From: Candidatus Dormiibacterota bacterium | GTDB taxonomy: Bacteria > Acidobacteriota > Terriglobia > Terriglobales > Acidobacteriaceae | NCBI GenBank assembly: GCA_035566655.1 | Contig: DATMQT010000102.1 | Location: forward strand, 4,188 to 68,187 | DNA length: 64,000 nt | Reading direction: 5' to 3' | Part shown: positions 26,063-35,663 of the stretch, piece after piece | How positions within the stretch are numbered: the stretch's first letter is position 1 | How the letters are laid out: every line of letters starts with the position of its first letter | Notes under the pieces: model-generated | What the model saw: the letters and a program-made list of their open reading frames with translations, nothing else | The model's database searches: none | What the model was told of the DNA's origin: nothing | Program-made: the position numbers and the translations under genes

Positions 26063-26845
26063 ATGGGTTATCATTCTGCCGTGACCTCAAAACTCATTCT
26101 GATCCTGGCAGTCTCTCTGCTAACGATTCCGGCGTCCGCCCAGCAGACTCCCGAGGCCCCGGCGGCCCAGCCGCAGGTGAAAGTCAATGTTTTGAATGTT
26201 TGCACGCCCTCCGCCGAGGAAGAAAAAGAAATAGCCGCGGCCCTGGCGCGCGTTCCTAAGCAGCCGCTGTTCGCCGCAGATTTTGAAATTTCCCACGGCC
26301 GCTCGACTCTGAGCGAGCCACCGAACTTCCTTCAACCCGGAAGCGCGCAAAAGTCGGACGAGACCTCGGTCGCCAACTACGTCCGCATTCGCCGCGAATT
26401 CTCAGTGCAGGCCCTGTTTTCCCGCGTTCAGTATTCTTTCAGCAACGATGGCCAGAACATGGTCGAGACTCTCGTGCTGCACGTGCGCGATCCCAAGGAT
26501 TTGATCCAGGTCTCGATGGAAGACAGCGCGTCGGCGATCAGCAGCCCTGAAACCATGGTCGCGGCGAACACTCCCGCCAGCCGCGTCCGGCTCGAACGTT
26601 TCGGAAAGTCGTCGATCGCGCTGGCCCGCTGCGCCGCCACAGAGAACGGGCCCGCACCCGACCAGAGCGCCTACGAACCACTATTCCGCAGCGCCTCCGA
26701 AGTACTTGCAAACTATCGCAGCCTGCTGGGCGTGCGGCACACCGTGCCCGCGGAACTGGCACAGATCCCGGGGGCGGGTGCGCCGGAAGCGGTGAAACCA
26801 AAATCCTCGAAACCGGCAGCCAAGCAGACACAACCAAGAAAGTGA
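26063..26845 (+). CDS. hypothetical secreted protein
   Basis: 260 aa with a signal peptide (LILILAVSLLTIPASAQQ). No motif recognised. Confidence 0.55.
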   Translation: MGYHSAVTSKLILILAVSLLTIPASAQQTPEAPAAQPQVKVNVLNVCTPSAEEEKEIAAALARVPKQPLFAADFEISHGRSTLSEPPNFLQPGSAQKSDETSVANYVRIRREFSVQALFSRVQYSFSNDGQNMVETLVLHVRDPKDLIQVSMEDSASAISSPETMVAANTPASRVRLERFGKSSIALARCAATENGPAPDQSAYEPLFRSASEVLANYRSLLGVRHTVPAELAQIPGAGAPEAVKPKSSKPAAKQTQPRK

Positions 26846-26937
26846 CAAGAATTCCTCCGCGTACTCTGCGGTTAAGATTTGCTGTTGGCTCTCGACGAAT
26901 CGAAATCTGAACTCAGCAATCTAACTTCTAGCCCATC

Positions 26938-27870
26938 ATGAGCGAAACCCGCAACGTTGTCATCATCGGTTCCGGCTGCGCCGGACACACGGCCGCACTG
27001 TACGCCGCCCGCGCCAATCTAAAACCTCTGGTAGTCGAAGGCCACGAGCCTGGCGGCCAACTCTCCCTGACCACGCTGGTAGAGAATTTTCCCGGCTTCC
27101 CCGAAGGGATCATGGGACCGCAACTGGTCGAGAACATGCGCAAGCAGGCGGAACGTTTCGGCGCCGAATACCGCATGGCACATCTCACCAGCGCCGACCT
27201 CAGCCGGCGTCCTTTTCTGCTCCATCTCGGCAAGCATCAGGTTCACACCCAAGCGCTCATCATCGCCAGCGGAGCTTCAGCCCGCTGGCTGGGCCTGCCC
27301 AACGAGCAGAAGCTGATCGGCCACGGCGTATCTTCCTGCGCGACCTGCGACGGCTTTTTCTTTTCCGGAAAAGAAATTGTAGTGGTCGGCGGCGGCGATT
27401 CTGCCATGGAGGAAGCTACGTTCCTCACGCGCTTTGCCACCAAGGTTACACTCATTCACCGCCGCGGCAGTTTTCGCGCTTCCAAGATCATGCTGGAACG
27501 TGCCCAGAAAAACCCGAAGATCGCGTTTCTCACCGACACGGTCGTCGAAGATGTCTACGATCACGACAAGGGAGAAGTCACCGGACTCAAGCTGCACAAT
27601 CTGAAGACCGGCAAAGTTTGGGACTTTCCCACGAGCGCCCTGTTTCTGGGCATCGGTCACGAACCCAACGCCAAGATATTCGCCGGCCAGCTCGACGCCG
27701 ACGCCGAGGGCTATCTCAAGACGCATAACTATGTGCACACCCGAGTGCAGGGCGTTTATGCCTGCGGCGATGTGCAGGACCGGCGCTACCGCCAGGCCAT
27801 CACCGCTGCCGGAACCGGCTGCATGGCGGCCATTGAGGTCGAGAAATTCCTGGAAGAGCACGGCGCCTGA
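26938..27870 (+). CDS. trxB: thioredoxin-disulfide reductase
   Basis: GSGCAGHTAALYAAR FAD site, CATCDG redox centre, GGGDSAMEEA NADPH site. Confidence 0.95.
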   Translation: MSETRNVVIIGSGCAGHTAALYAARANLKPLVVEGHEPGGQLSLTTLVENFPGFPEGIMGPQLVENMRKQAERFGAEYRMAHLTSADLSRRPFLLHLGKHQVHTQALIIASGASARWLGLPNEQKLIGHGVSSCATCDGFFFSGKEIVVVGGGDSAMEEATFLTRFATKVTLIHRRGSFRASKIMLERAQKNPKIAFLTDTVVEDVYDHDKGEVTGLKLHNLKTGKVWDFPTSALFLGIGHEPNAKIFAGQLDADAEGYLKTHNYVHTRVQGVYACGDVQDRRYRQAITAAGTGCMAAIEVEKFLEEHGA

Positions 27871-28012
27871 ACTTCGATAAGTTTCGCGTCCATACGATGG
27901 GAGAAATTGCCAGATGCTCTCTCCTGAAAAAATACTCGGCGCGCGTTACCGAAGTAATTTTCGTCCTGGATTAGATTTCCTTTATTCTGACTTCGCAATA
28001 ATTCATCCCCCT

Positions 28013-28345
28013 ATGAAGAATTGGATCGCGGTTGCTTTATTTGGTCTTCTGCCAATCCTGATGTTCGCCCCCAACCCGGCTGCTGCCCAGCAGTCGTCTG
28101 AAGGCGCGCGCAAAGTTGCGACGAAGGTGACTCCGCAGTACCCCACTGTCGCCCGCCGGATGAACCTGCAAGGCAGCGTAAAAGTGGAAGTGCTGGTCGC
28201 GCCGAATGGCAGCGTAAAGTCCATCGAACTCAGGGGTGGCCATCCTATCCTTGCGGAAGCTGCGCAGAGCGCCGTGCGCCAGTGGAAGTGGGAGCCCGCA
28301 CCTCGCGAGACCCAGGAATCTGTCGAAATAAAATTCGCGCCCTAG
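28013..28345 (+). CDS. TonB C-terminal domain protein (small, secreted)
   Basis: Signal peptide, then PQYPTVARRMNLQGSVKVEVLVAPNGSV...AVRQWKWEP, typical of the TonB_C fold. Start at ATG 28013. Confidence 0.75.
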   Translation: MKNWIAVALFGLLPILMFAPNPAAAQQSSEGARKVATKVTPQYPTVARRMNLQGSVKVEVLVAPNGSVKSIELRGGHPILAEAAQSAVRQWKWEPAPRETQESVEIKFAP

Positions 28346-28450
28346 CTTTTCCGTCTCTGTCTCTGCGTTGACTGGCGCTTGTGATACAACGTTCTGTGCT
28401 TGTCATCTTCATCATCGGCCGGTAGCGGCCCTTGGTTGTACAGGTGCGGA

Positions 28451-29377
28451 ATGTTAAGAACGTTTTTCGTCCGTCTTTCTGAGAACCCATCTTTACGCAG
28501 CTTTGCAGAGCGTTCCTCGCTCGGGCGCCGCGTTTCCGGACGCTTCGTTGCTGGCACGGAGATCGCCGACGCCGTCCGTGCCACTCAGGCCGTCAACCGC
28601 GCCGGCATGAGCGTGAGCATCGACAACCTCGGTGAAAACGTGACTAATCCCGACGAGGCCCGCCACAGCGCCCAACTCTATCGACAGATTCTCGACGCCA
28701 TTGCCGCCAACCAGCTCAACGCCAACATCAGCCTGAAGCTCACTCACATGGGCTTGGACGTGGACGAGCAACTGGCCCGCGACATCGTCAGCGGACTGGT
28801 CGCCAAGGCCGCATCCATGAATCCGCCCGGCTTTGTGCGCGTCGACATGGAGGGCTCGCCCTACACCCAGCGCACGCTCGATTTCGTCCACGAACTGCAC
28901 CGTATGCCTGGAAACGCCAAATCGGTGGGCACGGTGATTCAGTCCTACCTGAGGCGATCGGAAAGCGACGTCGAAAAACTTCTTTCCGGGGGGATTCGCA
29001 TCCGCCTGTGCAAAGGCGCTTACAAAGAACCCGCGGAGATCGCCTTCCCAGCAAAATCTGACGTCGACGCCAACTACGTCAAGCTGATGAAGATCATGAT
29101 GAAAAGCAGCATCTATCACGGGCTGGCTACGCACGACGAGAAAATCATTCAACAAGCTAAGGCATTTGCGACCAGTGAAAAGATTTCCCGCGACTCGTTT
29201 GAGTTTCAGATGCTTTACGGCATTCGCCGCGACCTGCAGCGAAAGCTGGCGCGCGACGGCTGGCGAGTGCGCATCTATATTCCGTTTGGCAGCGAATGGT
29301 ATCCCTACTTCATGCGGCGGCTGGGTGAGCGCCCGGCCAACGTATTGTTCATCGCGAGGAATCTGTTGCGCTCGTAA
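28451..29377 (+). CDS. proline dehydrogenase (monofunctional PutA-like)
   Basis: About 308 aa. FVAG...A and SIDNLGE motifs, RLCKGAY, and C-terminal YIPFG..WYPYFMRRLGERPANV. Confidence 0.85.
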   Translation: MLRTFFVRLSENPSLRSFAERSSLGRRVSGRFVAGTEIADAVRATQAVNRAGMSVSIDNLGENVTNPDEARHSAQLYRQILDAIAANQLNANISLKLTHMGLDVDEQLARDIVSGLVAKAASMNPPGFVRVDMEGSPYTQRTLDFVHELHRMPGNAKSVGTVIQSYLRRSESDVEKLLSGGIRIRLCKGAYKEPAEIAFPAKSDVDANYVKLMKIMMKSSIYHGLATHDEKIIQQAKAFATSEKISRDSFEFQMLYGIRRDLQRKLARDGWRVRIYIPFGSEWYPYFMRRLGERPANVLFIARNLLRS

Positions 29378-29378
29378 G

Positions 29379-29452
29379 GCAGTGGTCAATGGCCAGTGGC
29401 CGGTAAAAACGCGTTCGAACCTTTAGGACTGGTCACCGATCACCGGCCACGG
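29379..29452. repeat. degenerate heptamer-word hairpin (CAGTGGY / CGGTGAY)
   Basis: Left arm 29379-29403, right arm 29429-29452, only about 15/24 complementary. Fills the gap between the proline dehydrogenase stop and the next ATG. Confidence 0.6.
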
Positions 29453-29460
29453 ATTACTAC

Positions 29461-30642
29461 ATGCTCATCAAACTGACTCTTTCCATATATCTGACCTTCG
29501 GCGTTGCGCTGTGGGCGCAGAACCCGCCGCAACCGCAGGCCCAGTCCCAAGAGCCGATCGGCTACAAGTCTGCCGCGGATGCGGAGCAGAAAAAAACTCT
29601 GCTGCTGAAAGATTTTCAGCCTAAGTCCATGCTGCACGCGCCGGAGCACAACATCGACCGCGCCAAGTTTTACGTGATCGACGTCCATAATCACACGAAC
29701 GACGCTCAGGGGATCGACGACCACATGCCGCCGGCACGCGTCGTCGAGATCATGGATAAAACTAACGTCAAGACCGTCGTGATCCTGACTGGAATGTGGG
29801 GCGACAAGCTGCAAAAAGTGATCGACGAGATGGTCAAGCCCTATCCCCGGCGCTTCATCGTCTTCGAGCAGATTGACTGGAGCAAGATCGACGACCCGAA
29901 CTTCAGCCAGGAGATGGTGGCACAGCTCGATGACTCGGTCGCCCGCGGCGCACGCGGCTTGAAGCAGCTGAAAGATCTCGGGCTAAGCATTCGCGACAAG
30001 TCGGGAAAGCTAGTCGCAGTTGATGATCCGCGCCTTGATCCCATCTGGGAGGAGTGCGGGCGGCTCGGCATTCCAGTTTCCATTCATGTCACCGATCCCG
30101 AAGCGTTCTTTCATCCCATCGACAATACTAACGAGCGTTATGAGGAACTGACCGAGCATCCGGACTGGAGTTTCTACGGCCCGCAGTTTCCTACGAAAGA
30201 ATCGATCCTGGCGGCGCGCGACAGAATGTTCGCCAAACATCCTCACACAACGTTCGTAGCGCTGCACATGGCGAACTGGCCTGAGAATCTCGACTACGTT
30301 TCGCACCTGCTGGATACTCTGCCGAACGTGATGGTCGAATTCGGAGCGCGCCAGGCCGAACTCGGACGCCAGCCCCGCCGCGCCCGCGAGTTCTTTGTCA
30401 AGTATCAGGACCGCATCATGTTCGGCACCGACAACGGCATGGACGAAGCCATGTACCGCAACCACTTCCGCTGGCTCGAAACCGCCGACGAATATTTTGA
30501 TTACTGGGGATATCCCGGGCAGGGGCGGTGGAAAATCTATGGGTTGGAGCTTCCTGACGCAGTTCTCGAGAAGATTTATCACAAGAATGCGGAGCGGATT
30601 TTCGGGCAGTTCCGGAGCGGGAAAACCGTCCGCGCAAAATAA
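29461..30642 (+). CDS. amidohydrolase-family (TIM-barrel metal-dependent hydrolase) protein, secreted
   Basis: Signal peptide, VIDVHNH metal-binding motif near the N-terminus, and later MFGTDNG. Confidence 0.8.
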   Translation: MLIKLTLSIYLTFGVALWAQNPPQPQAQSQEPIGYKSAADAEQKKTLLLKDFQPKSMLHAPEHNIDRAKFYVIDVHNHTNDAQGIDDHMPPARVVEIMDKTNVKTVVILTGMWGDKLQKVIDEMVKPYPRRFIVFEQIDWSKIDDPNFSQEMVAQLDDSVARGARGLKQLKDLGLSIRDKSGKLVAVDDPRLDPIWEECGRLGIPVSIHVTDPEAFFHPIDNTNERYEELTEHPDWSFYGPQFPTKESILAARDRMFAKHPHTTFVALHMANWPENLDYVSHLLDTLPNVMVEFGARQAELGRQPRRAREFFVKYQDRIMFGTDNGMDEAMYRNHFRWLETADEYFDYWGYPGQGRWKIYGLELPDAVLEKIYHKNAERIFGQFRSGKTVRAK

Positions 30643-30651
30643 TTTACCTGT

Positions 30652-30693
30652 CTACGAAGATTTTCGTTGACACTACGAACACCTTCGTAGTAT
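30652..30693 (+). promoter_or_regulatory. two tandem dyads CTACGAA-N4-TTCGTWG overlapping a TTGACA / TAGTAT promoter (candidate BlaI operators)
   Basis: Dyad 1 at 30652-30669 (ctacgaagattttcgttg), TTGACA at 30667-30672, dyad 2 at 30673-30690 (ctacgaacaccttcgtag), TAGTAT at 30688-30693. The ATG is at 30705. Confidence 0.55.
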
Positions 30694-30704
30694 GGTCTCT
30701 TTCC

Positions 30705-31121
30705 ATGAAGCAAGCCCCGCAGAAACCTACCGCGTCGGAGCTGGAAATCCTTCGCGTTCTCTGGACCCGCGGCCCGTCCACGGTGCGCGAAGTACACGAC
30801 TCGCTGAACGAAAAACGGGCCATGGGCTACACCAGCGTGCTGAAGTTCCTGCAAATAATGACGGCAAAAGGCACGGTGCGGCGAAACGAAACCCAGAGGG
30901 CGCACGTCTATGAAGCATGCCTGCCGGCCGAGCAAACCAAGCGTCAGCTTGCCGGGGACATGCTGCAGCGCGTCTTCGAAGGCTCCGCCAGCCAGCTCAT
31001 GATGCATGCCCTGGCCGGCCGCAAAGCTTCGCGCGAAGAGATTGAAGAACTACGCCGCTTGCTGAATGAGCAAGAAAAGGAAGAACAAGAAATGGACGAA
31101 CACAAAAGGAGCCGGCGATGA
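30705..31121 (+). CDS. BlaI/MecI/CopY-family transcriptional repressor
   Basis: N-terminal winged helix, SELEILRVLWTRGPSTVREVHDSL...GYTSVLKFLQIMTAKG. Overlaps the next gene by 4 nt (ATGA). Confidence 0.9.
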   Translation: MKQAPQKPTASELEILRVLWTRGPSTVREVHDSLNEKRAMGYTSVLKFLQIMTAKGTVRRNETQRAHVYEACLPAEQTKRQLAGDMLQRVFEGSASQLMMHALAGRKASREEIEELRRLLNEQEKEEQEMDEHKRSRR

Positions 31122-32977
31122 CCACACTGACGAATTGGCTTTCCCCGAGCGCAATGCATTCCCTGGGCTGGACCCTGCTGCATTTTCTGTGGCAAGGAAC
31201 GGCCGTAGCGGCGCTGGCCGCGGTGCTGATGACGCTTTGCCGCCGCGCGTCTGCGCGCTACGCGCTGGCGGTGGGCGCACTCGTGCTGATGCTGGCTGCT
31301 CCGCTTGCCACATTCTTCGTTCTCACGTCGTCCGGCACAGCGGCTCCAGCGAATTCTCCCGCCGTGAAATCGGAGACGCCGATGAGCAATGTCGCAGCCA
31401 GAGCTTCGTCCGGATTCTCCCGCCTCTCACCCTCGCTCGACACTCTGCCCTGGCTGGTGGAAGCCTGGCTGCTCGGCGTCGCTTTCTTCAGCCTTCGTTC
31501 CGCCGGAGGATTCCTGCTGCTGGAACGCGAGCGCCGCAAACAGTCCGCAAGCGTGAACGATCGAGTGCTCGCGATTTGCCAGACGCTGCAACGCCAGCTT
31601 GGATTGACCCGGGCCGTCCGTTATTGCGAGTGCGCATGGCTGCAGGCGCCGGCGGTGATTGGCTGGCTCCGTCCCATCGTCCTGCTGCCCGTGACCGCCC
31701 TGACCGGACTTTCCGAGGAACAACTGCAGTTGGTGATCGTGCACGAACTGGCGCACATCCAGCGGCTCGATCCCTTTGTGAATGTTTTCCAGATTTCTGT
31801 GGAGACACTGCTCTTCTATCACCCGGCTGTGTGGTGGCTGAACAAGCGCATCCGTGCCGAACGCGAGCACTGCTGTGACGATATCGCCGTCTCTCTCTGT
31901 GGCAATCCGGTTGAATACGCCCGCGCACTCACTCTGATGGAAGAATGGCGCACCGCGCCGGCTCTGGCGATGGCGGTAAATCGTGGGCCGCTCTCCGAGC
32001 GCATCTTCCGCGTGCTCGGCCTGAAGTCGATCGGCGCCGGCACTCGCGGGATGGGGCTCACCGGTGGTCTGCTGTGCCTTACCGCTGCGCTGGTCGCAGG
32101 CAATGCCCTGCTCGGCGTCGCTTATCCAAAACCCATTGTGCACGCTGGCCAAATCGCGCTGGCACATTTTGGTTGGACCGCGCCTGCGTCACCGCAGTCA
32201 GCCCCTGCGCCCGCAGCCGCACCCACTCCGAAACCATCCCCCGCACGTCCCCAAGCCGCGCCGCTGCCAGCCGCTTCCGGCTCCTACATTGACGGCATGA
32301 AGGCCGCCGGCATTGGCGAGCTCACCGTCGACCAACTCATCGCCATGAAGATTCATAACGTCACGCCGGAATATGTCCGCGGATTCCACGAGCTGGGGCT
32401 GCATCCTGATGCTGACGAACTCGTGGCCATGCGCATCCACGGCGTGTCTCCTGAGTACGTGCACGACGTGCGCGGACTGGGCCTCAACCCTGATCAGGAT
32501 CAACTCGTCGCCATGAAGATTCATGGCATCGACGCAGAATACGTACGGGGCATGAAAGAAGCCGGGATTCACGCCGATGTCGACGAACTGGTCGCCTTGA
32601 GGATTCACGGAGCAACGCCTGGCGAAGTCCGGGGCCTTCACGAGCAGGGCTTGCAGCCCGACGCCGACAATCTGGTCGCCATGCGCATTCACAATGTAAC
32701 TCCCGAATATGTTCGGGACATCCGCGCTCTCGGGCTTAAGCCCACGGTCGACGATTTGGTCTCCATGCGCATTCACGGCGTGACGCCGGAGTACATCAAG
32801 GCTCTCCAAGCCGCGGGATTCAAGGTGGGGGTCGACGACATTGTTAGCGCCAGGATTCACGGAGTGACAGAAGATGTTATTAAAGACGCGCGCAAACATG
32901 GATTCAAGGATCTTGATCTCGACAAGCTGATCCGCCTCAAACAACTGGGAATCCTGGAATCGCCCGCTGACATTTAG
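31118..32977 (+). CDS. BlaR1-like M56 peptidase / signal transducer with a C-terminal 8 x 28-aa repeat array
   Basis: N-terminal TM segments and HELAHIQRLD (HExxH at nt 31742-31756). A further TM segment and a Pro/Ala-rich linker precede the repeats at aa 389-612. Confidence 0.85.
   Translation: MTTLTNWLSPSAMHSLGWTLLHFLWQGTAVAALAAVLMTLCRRASARYALAVGALVLMLAAPLATFFVLTSSGTAAPANSPAVKSETPMSNVAARASSGFSRLSPSLDTLPWLVEAWLLGVAFFSLRSAGGFLLLERERRKQSASVNDRVLAICQTLQRQLGLTRAVRYCECAWLQAPAVIGWLRPIVLLPVTALTGLSEEQLQLVIVHELAHIQRLDPFVNVFQISVETLLFYHPAVWWLNKRIRAEREHCCDDIAVSLCGNPVEYARALTLMEEWRTAPALAMAVNRGPLSERIFRVLGLKSIGAGTRGMGLTGGLLCLTAALVAGNALLGVAYPKPIVHAGQIALAHFGWTAPASPQSAPAPAAAPTPKPSPARPQAAPLPAASGSYIDGMKAAGIGELTVDQLIAMKIHNVTPEYVRGFHELGLHPDADELVAMRIHGVSPEYVHDVRGLGLNPDQDQLVAMKIHGIDAEYVRGMKEAGIHADVDELVALRIHGATPGEVRGLHEQGLQPDADNLVAMRIHNVTPEYVRDIRALGLKPTVDDLVSMRIHGVTPEYIKALQAAGFKVGVDDIVSARIHGVTEDVIKDARKHGFKDLDLDKLIRLKQLGILESPADI
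32282..32953 (+). repeat. coding tandem repeat, 8 units of 84 nt (28 aa, approx. YVRxhxxLGLxPDxDxLVAMRIHGVTPE)
   Basis: Units counted by hand in the translated sequence. The same unit recurs 7 times in the next gene (33345-33941). Confidence 0.85.
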
Positions 32978-32987
32978 GAAGACATTC

Positions 32988-33944
32988 ATGAGGAGAAGTT
33001 CTATGAGACTGACTCGAACCTGTGCTTTTATCGTATTCGCCTTCTGCCTGCTCTTCGCCGTGGTCAAGAACCACGCGGCAGACGTTCGCAGCGGAGACTG
33101 GACGATCCGCCACTCCGACGAAGCGGGCAAGGTTGAGTTCTCGCTGATCGAGCACCACCACGGCGGAAACTCAAACCACGAATCCGATTGGTCCATGAGT
33201 TCTTTTGCGGGCGTCGATTTCGCCAAGGCCGGCCGCCAGGATGTGCACTTCACCATTGCGCGCGACGCTGGCAAGATCGAGTGCGAGGGCTTCCTTAACA
33301 ACGGCGAAGGCGCAGGCATTTTTCACTTCCAGCCCGACCCCAACTACGCCGGCGAAATGCGCAAGATTGGATTCGACGTTGACGACGAGAAGCAGTACAG
33401 CATGGCGGTGCAGGATGTCAGCCTGGAATTTGCGCGTCAGATGAAGAACGAGCATCTCACCGATCTGGACACCGACACGCTGATCGCCTTCCGCATCTTC
33501 CGCGTGGACTCAGCCTTCATCGCAGACCTGCGCGCGGCCGGTCTCAAGATTTCGGACAGCGACAAGCTTGTCGCCTTCCGCATTCACGGCGTCACGCCGC
33601 AAATGATCCGCACTCTGCATCAAGCCGGCTACTCACCCGATGAAGACACGCTGATTGCCATGAGAATTCATGGTGCCACGCCGGAATTTGTGGAGGAACT
33701 CAAGAAACGCGGCTACGAGCACATCGACCTCGAACAGCTGATCGCCTTCAGAATCCACGGCGTTTCGCCGGACTTCATCGAAAAGCTGCAAAGTCTGGGC
33801 TACAAGCATCCGGATCCGGATGATCTGGTAGCGATGCGGATCCACAACGTCACTCCCGAATACATCAGCAACCTCCGCTCGCGCGGAATGCGCGATCTGA
33901 GCATCGACCAGCTGGTCAACATGCGGATTCACGGCATCGACTGA
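32988..33944 (+). CDS. secreted protein: His-rich N-domain plus 7 copies of the BlaR1-type 28-aa repeat
   Basis: Signal/TM segment (TCAFIVFAFCLLFAVV), an N-domain of about 90 aa (EHHHGGNSNHESDW), then LIAFRIHGV[TS]P..[IV]..L...G repeats to the C-terminus. Confidence 0.7.
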   Translation: MRRSSMRLTRTCAFIVFAFCLLFAVVKNHAADVRSGDWTIRHSDEAGKVEFSLIEHHHGGNSNHESDWSMSSFAGVDFAKAGRQDVHFTIARDAGKIECEGFLNNGEGAGIFHFQPDPNYAGEMRKIGFDVDDEKQYSMAVQDVSLEFARQMKNEHLTDLDTDTLIAFRIFRVDSAFIADLRAAGLKISDSDKLVAFRIHGVTPQMIRTLHQAGYSPDEDTLIAMRIHGATPEFVEELKKRGYEHIDLEQLIAFRIHGVSPDFIEKLQSLGYKHPDPDDLVAMRIHNVTPEYISNLRSRGMRDLSIDQLVNMRIHGID

Positions 33945-33948
33945 AGAA

Positions 33949-33968
33949 CAGTGGTCAGTGATCAGTGC
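33949..33968. repeat. short heptamer array (cagtggt cagtgat cagtgc)
   Basis: Lies in the convergent junction and overlaps the ggt stop codon. Confidence 0.6.
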
Positions 33969-35620
33969 TCCGGCACGGCGGCCCCATCGGCGCGCGCGTC
34001 TGACGCTCCGTAATTCACTTTGGCCTTCGAGTCGTGCAGAACCGCCTGGCCACGGCCCATCGCCGTCGAGTACGCATTTCGCACGTCGAGTTGATGGCCC
34101 ATCGCGGAAAGTTTCTGGCGCACTTCCGGCGGCACTCGCGACTCGATCACAATATTGCATCCGCGCTGCGGACTCACCGTGAAGCGGGCGTTCTCCATCG
34201 CCTCCTGAATGTTCATGCCGTAGTCCACAACGTTCGAAGCAAATTGCGCGTGGGCCAGCGGCTGGTTCGCTCCTCCCATGATTCCGAAGCCGATGTGCTG
34301 ATCTCCACGCTCCATGAACGCCGGGATGATGGTGTGAAACGGCCGCTTGCGCGGCGCGAGAGCATTGGGAGACGCGGGATCGAGCGAAAACAGTGCGCCA
34401 CGATCTTGCAGCGCAAATCCCATGCCGCGCACCACGATGCCCGCTCCGAACGCCTCGTAGTTGCTTTGAATCAGCGAGACAATGTTGCCCTCGCGATCGA
34501 CCACGGAAAGATAAGTCGTATCGCTAAACGGCGGCGCGCCGGCCGCAACCTCGCAGTTCGCTTTCGCAGGATCGATCAACTTTGCGCGCTGGCGGGCATA
34601 TTCCTTCGACAGCATCCCATTCACTGGAATCTTCGCAAAGCGCGGGTCAGCGTTATAGCGCCCCAAATCAGCGTAAGCCAGCTTCATGGCTTCGATCCTT
34701 TTGTGCAACTCCGCCACGCCGAGCGGGCCGTCGGGCGATGCCGAAGAAGTTTCCATAATGTTCAGCATCTCCAGAGCCGCCATGCCTTGGCCGTTGGGAG
34801 GAAGTTCGTAAACGGTCCAGTCGCGATAAATGGTGGAAATCGGCTCGACCCACTCCGGCGCAAAGTCAGCCAGATCATCCCCCGCCATTGTTCCGCCCAG
34901 ACTCTGCGATGTGCTCAGGATCGCGCGCGCGATGTCACCTTTATAAAACGCCTCGGCGCCATTCTCAGCAACCAGGCGCAAAGCCTTTGCCAGATCGTGA
35001 TTCTGGAACACTTGTCCAACCGCGGGAGGCTTGCCCCCTGGCAGATAAACCCGCCGAGCTTCCGCGTCCTGCGAAACCGTTTCGGCCGCATCCTTCCAAT
35101 ACGACGCGACAACCTCGGGAACCGGATAGCCTTCGTCCGCATAGGAAACCGCAGACGAAAACAGATCTTTCCACGCCATCTTCCCAAAGCGTTGATGCAG
35201 CGCCTGCCAGCCCGCGACCGCGCCTGGCACAGTCACGGAGTCGATACCCTCCAAGGGCATCGCGGTCGCGTCCTGGGCTTTTATGTGCGCGATGGTCAAC
35301 CCGCGCGGCGCCCATCCGCTGGCGTTCAGTCCATACAGCTTTCCTGTCTTCGCTTCCCAGTAAATCGCAAACAGGTCGCCGCCCATGCCGTTCATCATCG
35401 GTTCAGTCACGCCGAGGACGGCATTGGCGGCAATCGCCGCATCCACCGCAGAGCCTCCGCGCTCAAGAATCTTTGCGCCCGCCACAGAGGCCTGCACATG
35501 GCTGGTAGCCACAATCCCGTAGCGTGTGATCACCATCGAGCGCGCGTTGGACCGGTCTCGTGCCGACATGGAGGCTGTGAGCAGCAGCGCGGCCGCTGCA
35601 ATCCGAAGTGAAACGTTCAT
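33962..35620 (-). CDS. ggt: gamma-glutamyltransferase
   Basis: 552 aa with a signal peptide, the autoprocessing region SDTTYLSVVDREGN, and MNGMGGD and GGANQP motifs. Confidence 0.93.
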   Translation of the reverse strand: MNVSLRIAAAALLLTASMSARDRSNARSMVITRYGIVATSHVQASVAGAKILERGGSAVDAAIAANAVLGVTEPMMNGMGGDLFAIYWEAKTGKLYGLNASGWAPRGLTIAHIKAQDATAMPLEGIDSVTVPGAVAGWQALHQRFGKMAWKDLFSSAVSYADEGYPVPEVVASYWKDAAETVSQDAEARRVYLPGGKPPAVGQVFQNHDLAKALRLVAENGAEAFYKGDIARAILSTSQSLGGTMAGDDLADFAPEWVEPISTIYRDWTVYELPPNGQGMAALEMLNIMETSSASPDGPLGVAELHKRIEAMKLAYADLGRYNADPRFAKIPVNGMLSKEYARQRAKLIDPAKANCEVAAGAPPFSDTTYLSVVDREGNIVSLIQSNYEAFGAGIVVRGMGFALQDRGALFSLDPASPNALAPRKRPFHTIIPAFMERGDQHIGFGIMGGANQPLAHAQFASNVVDYGMNIQEAMENARFTVSPQRGCNIVIESRVPPEVRQKLSAMGHQLDVRNAYSTAMGRGQAVLHDSKAKVNYGASDARADGAAVPEH

Positions 35621-35663
35621 GGTATACCTGTGCGGGTGGATTTTACGCTGCGAGCGGCCTCTG

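Noticed and set aside
32198-33319. 373-aa minus-strand ORF across the BlaR1 repeat region and the next gene
   Set aside because: It is antisense to two CDS with strong periodic repeat structure. The 84-nt repeats keep the antisense frame open by chance, and the ORF also spans an intergenic gap.
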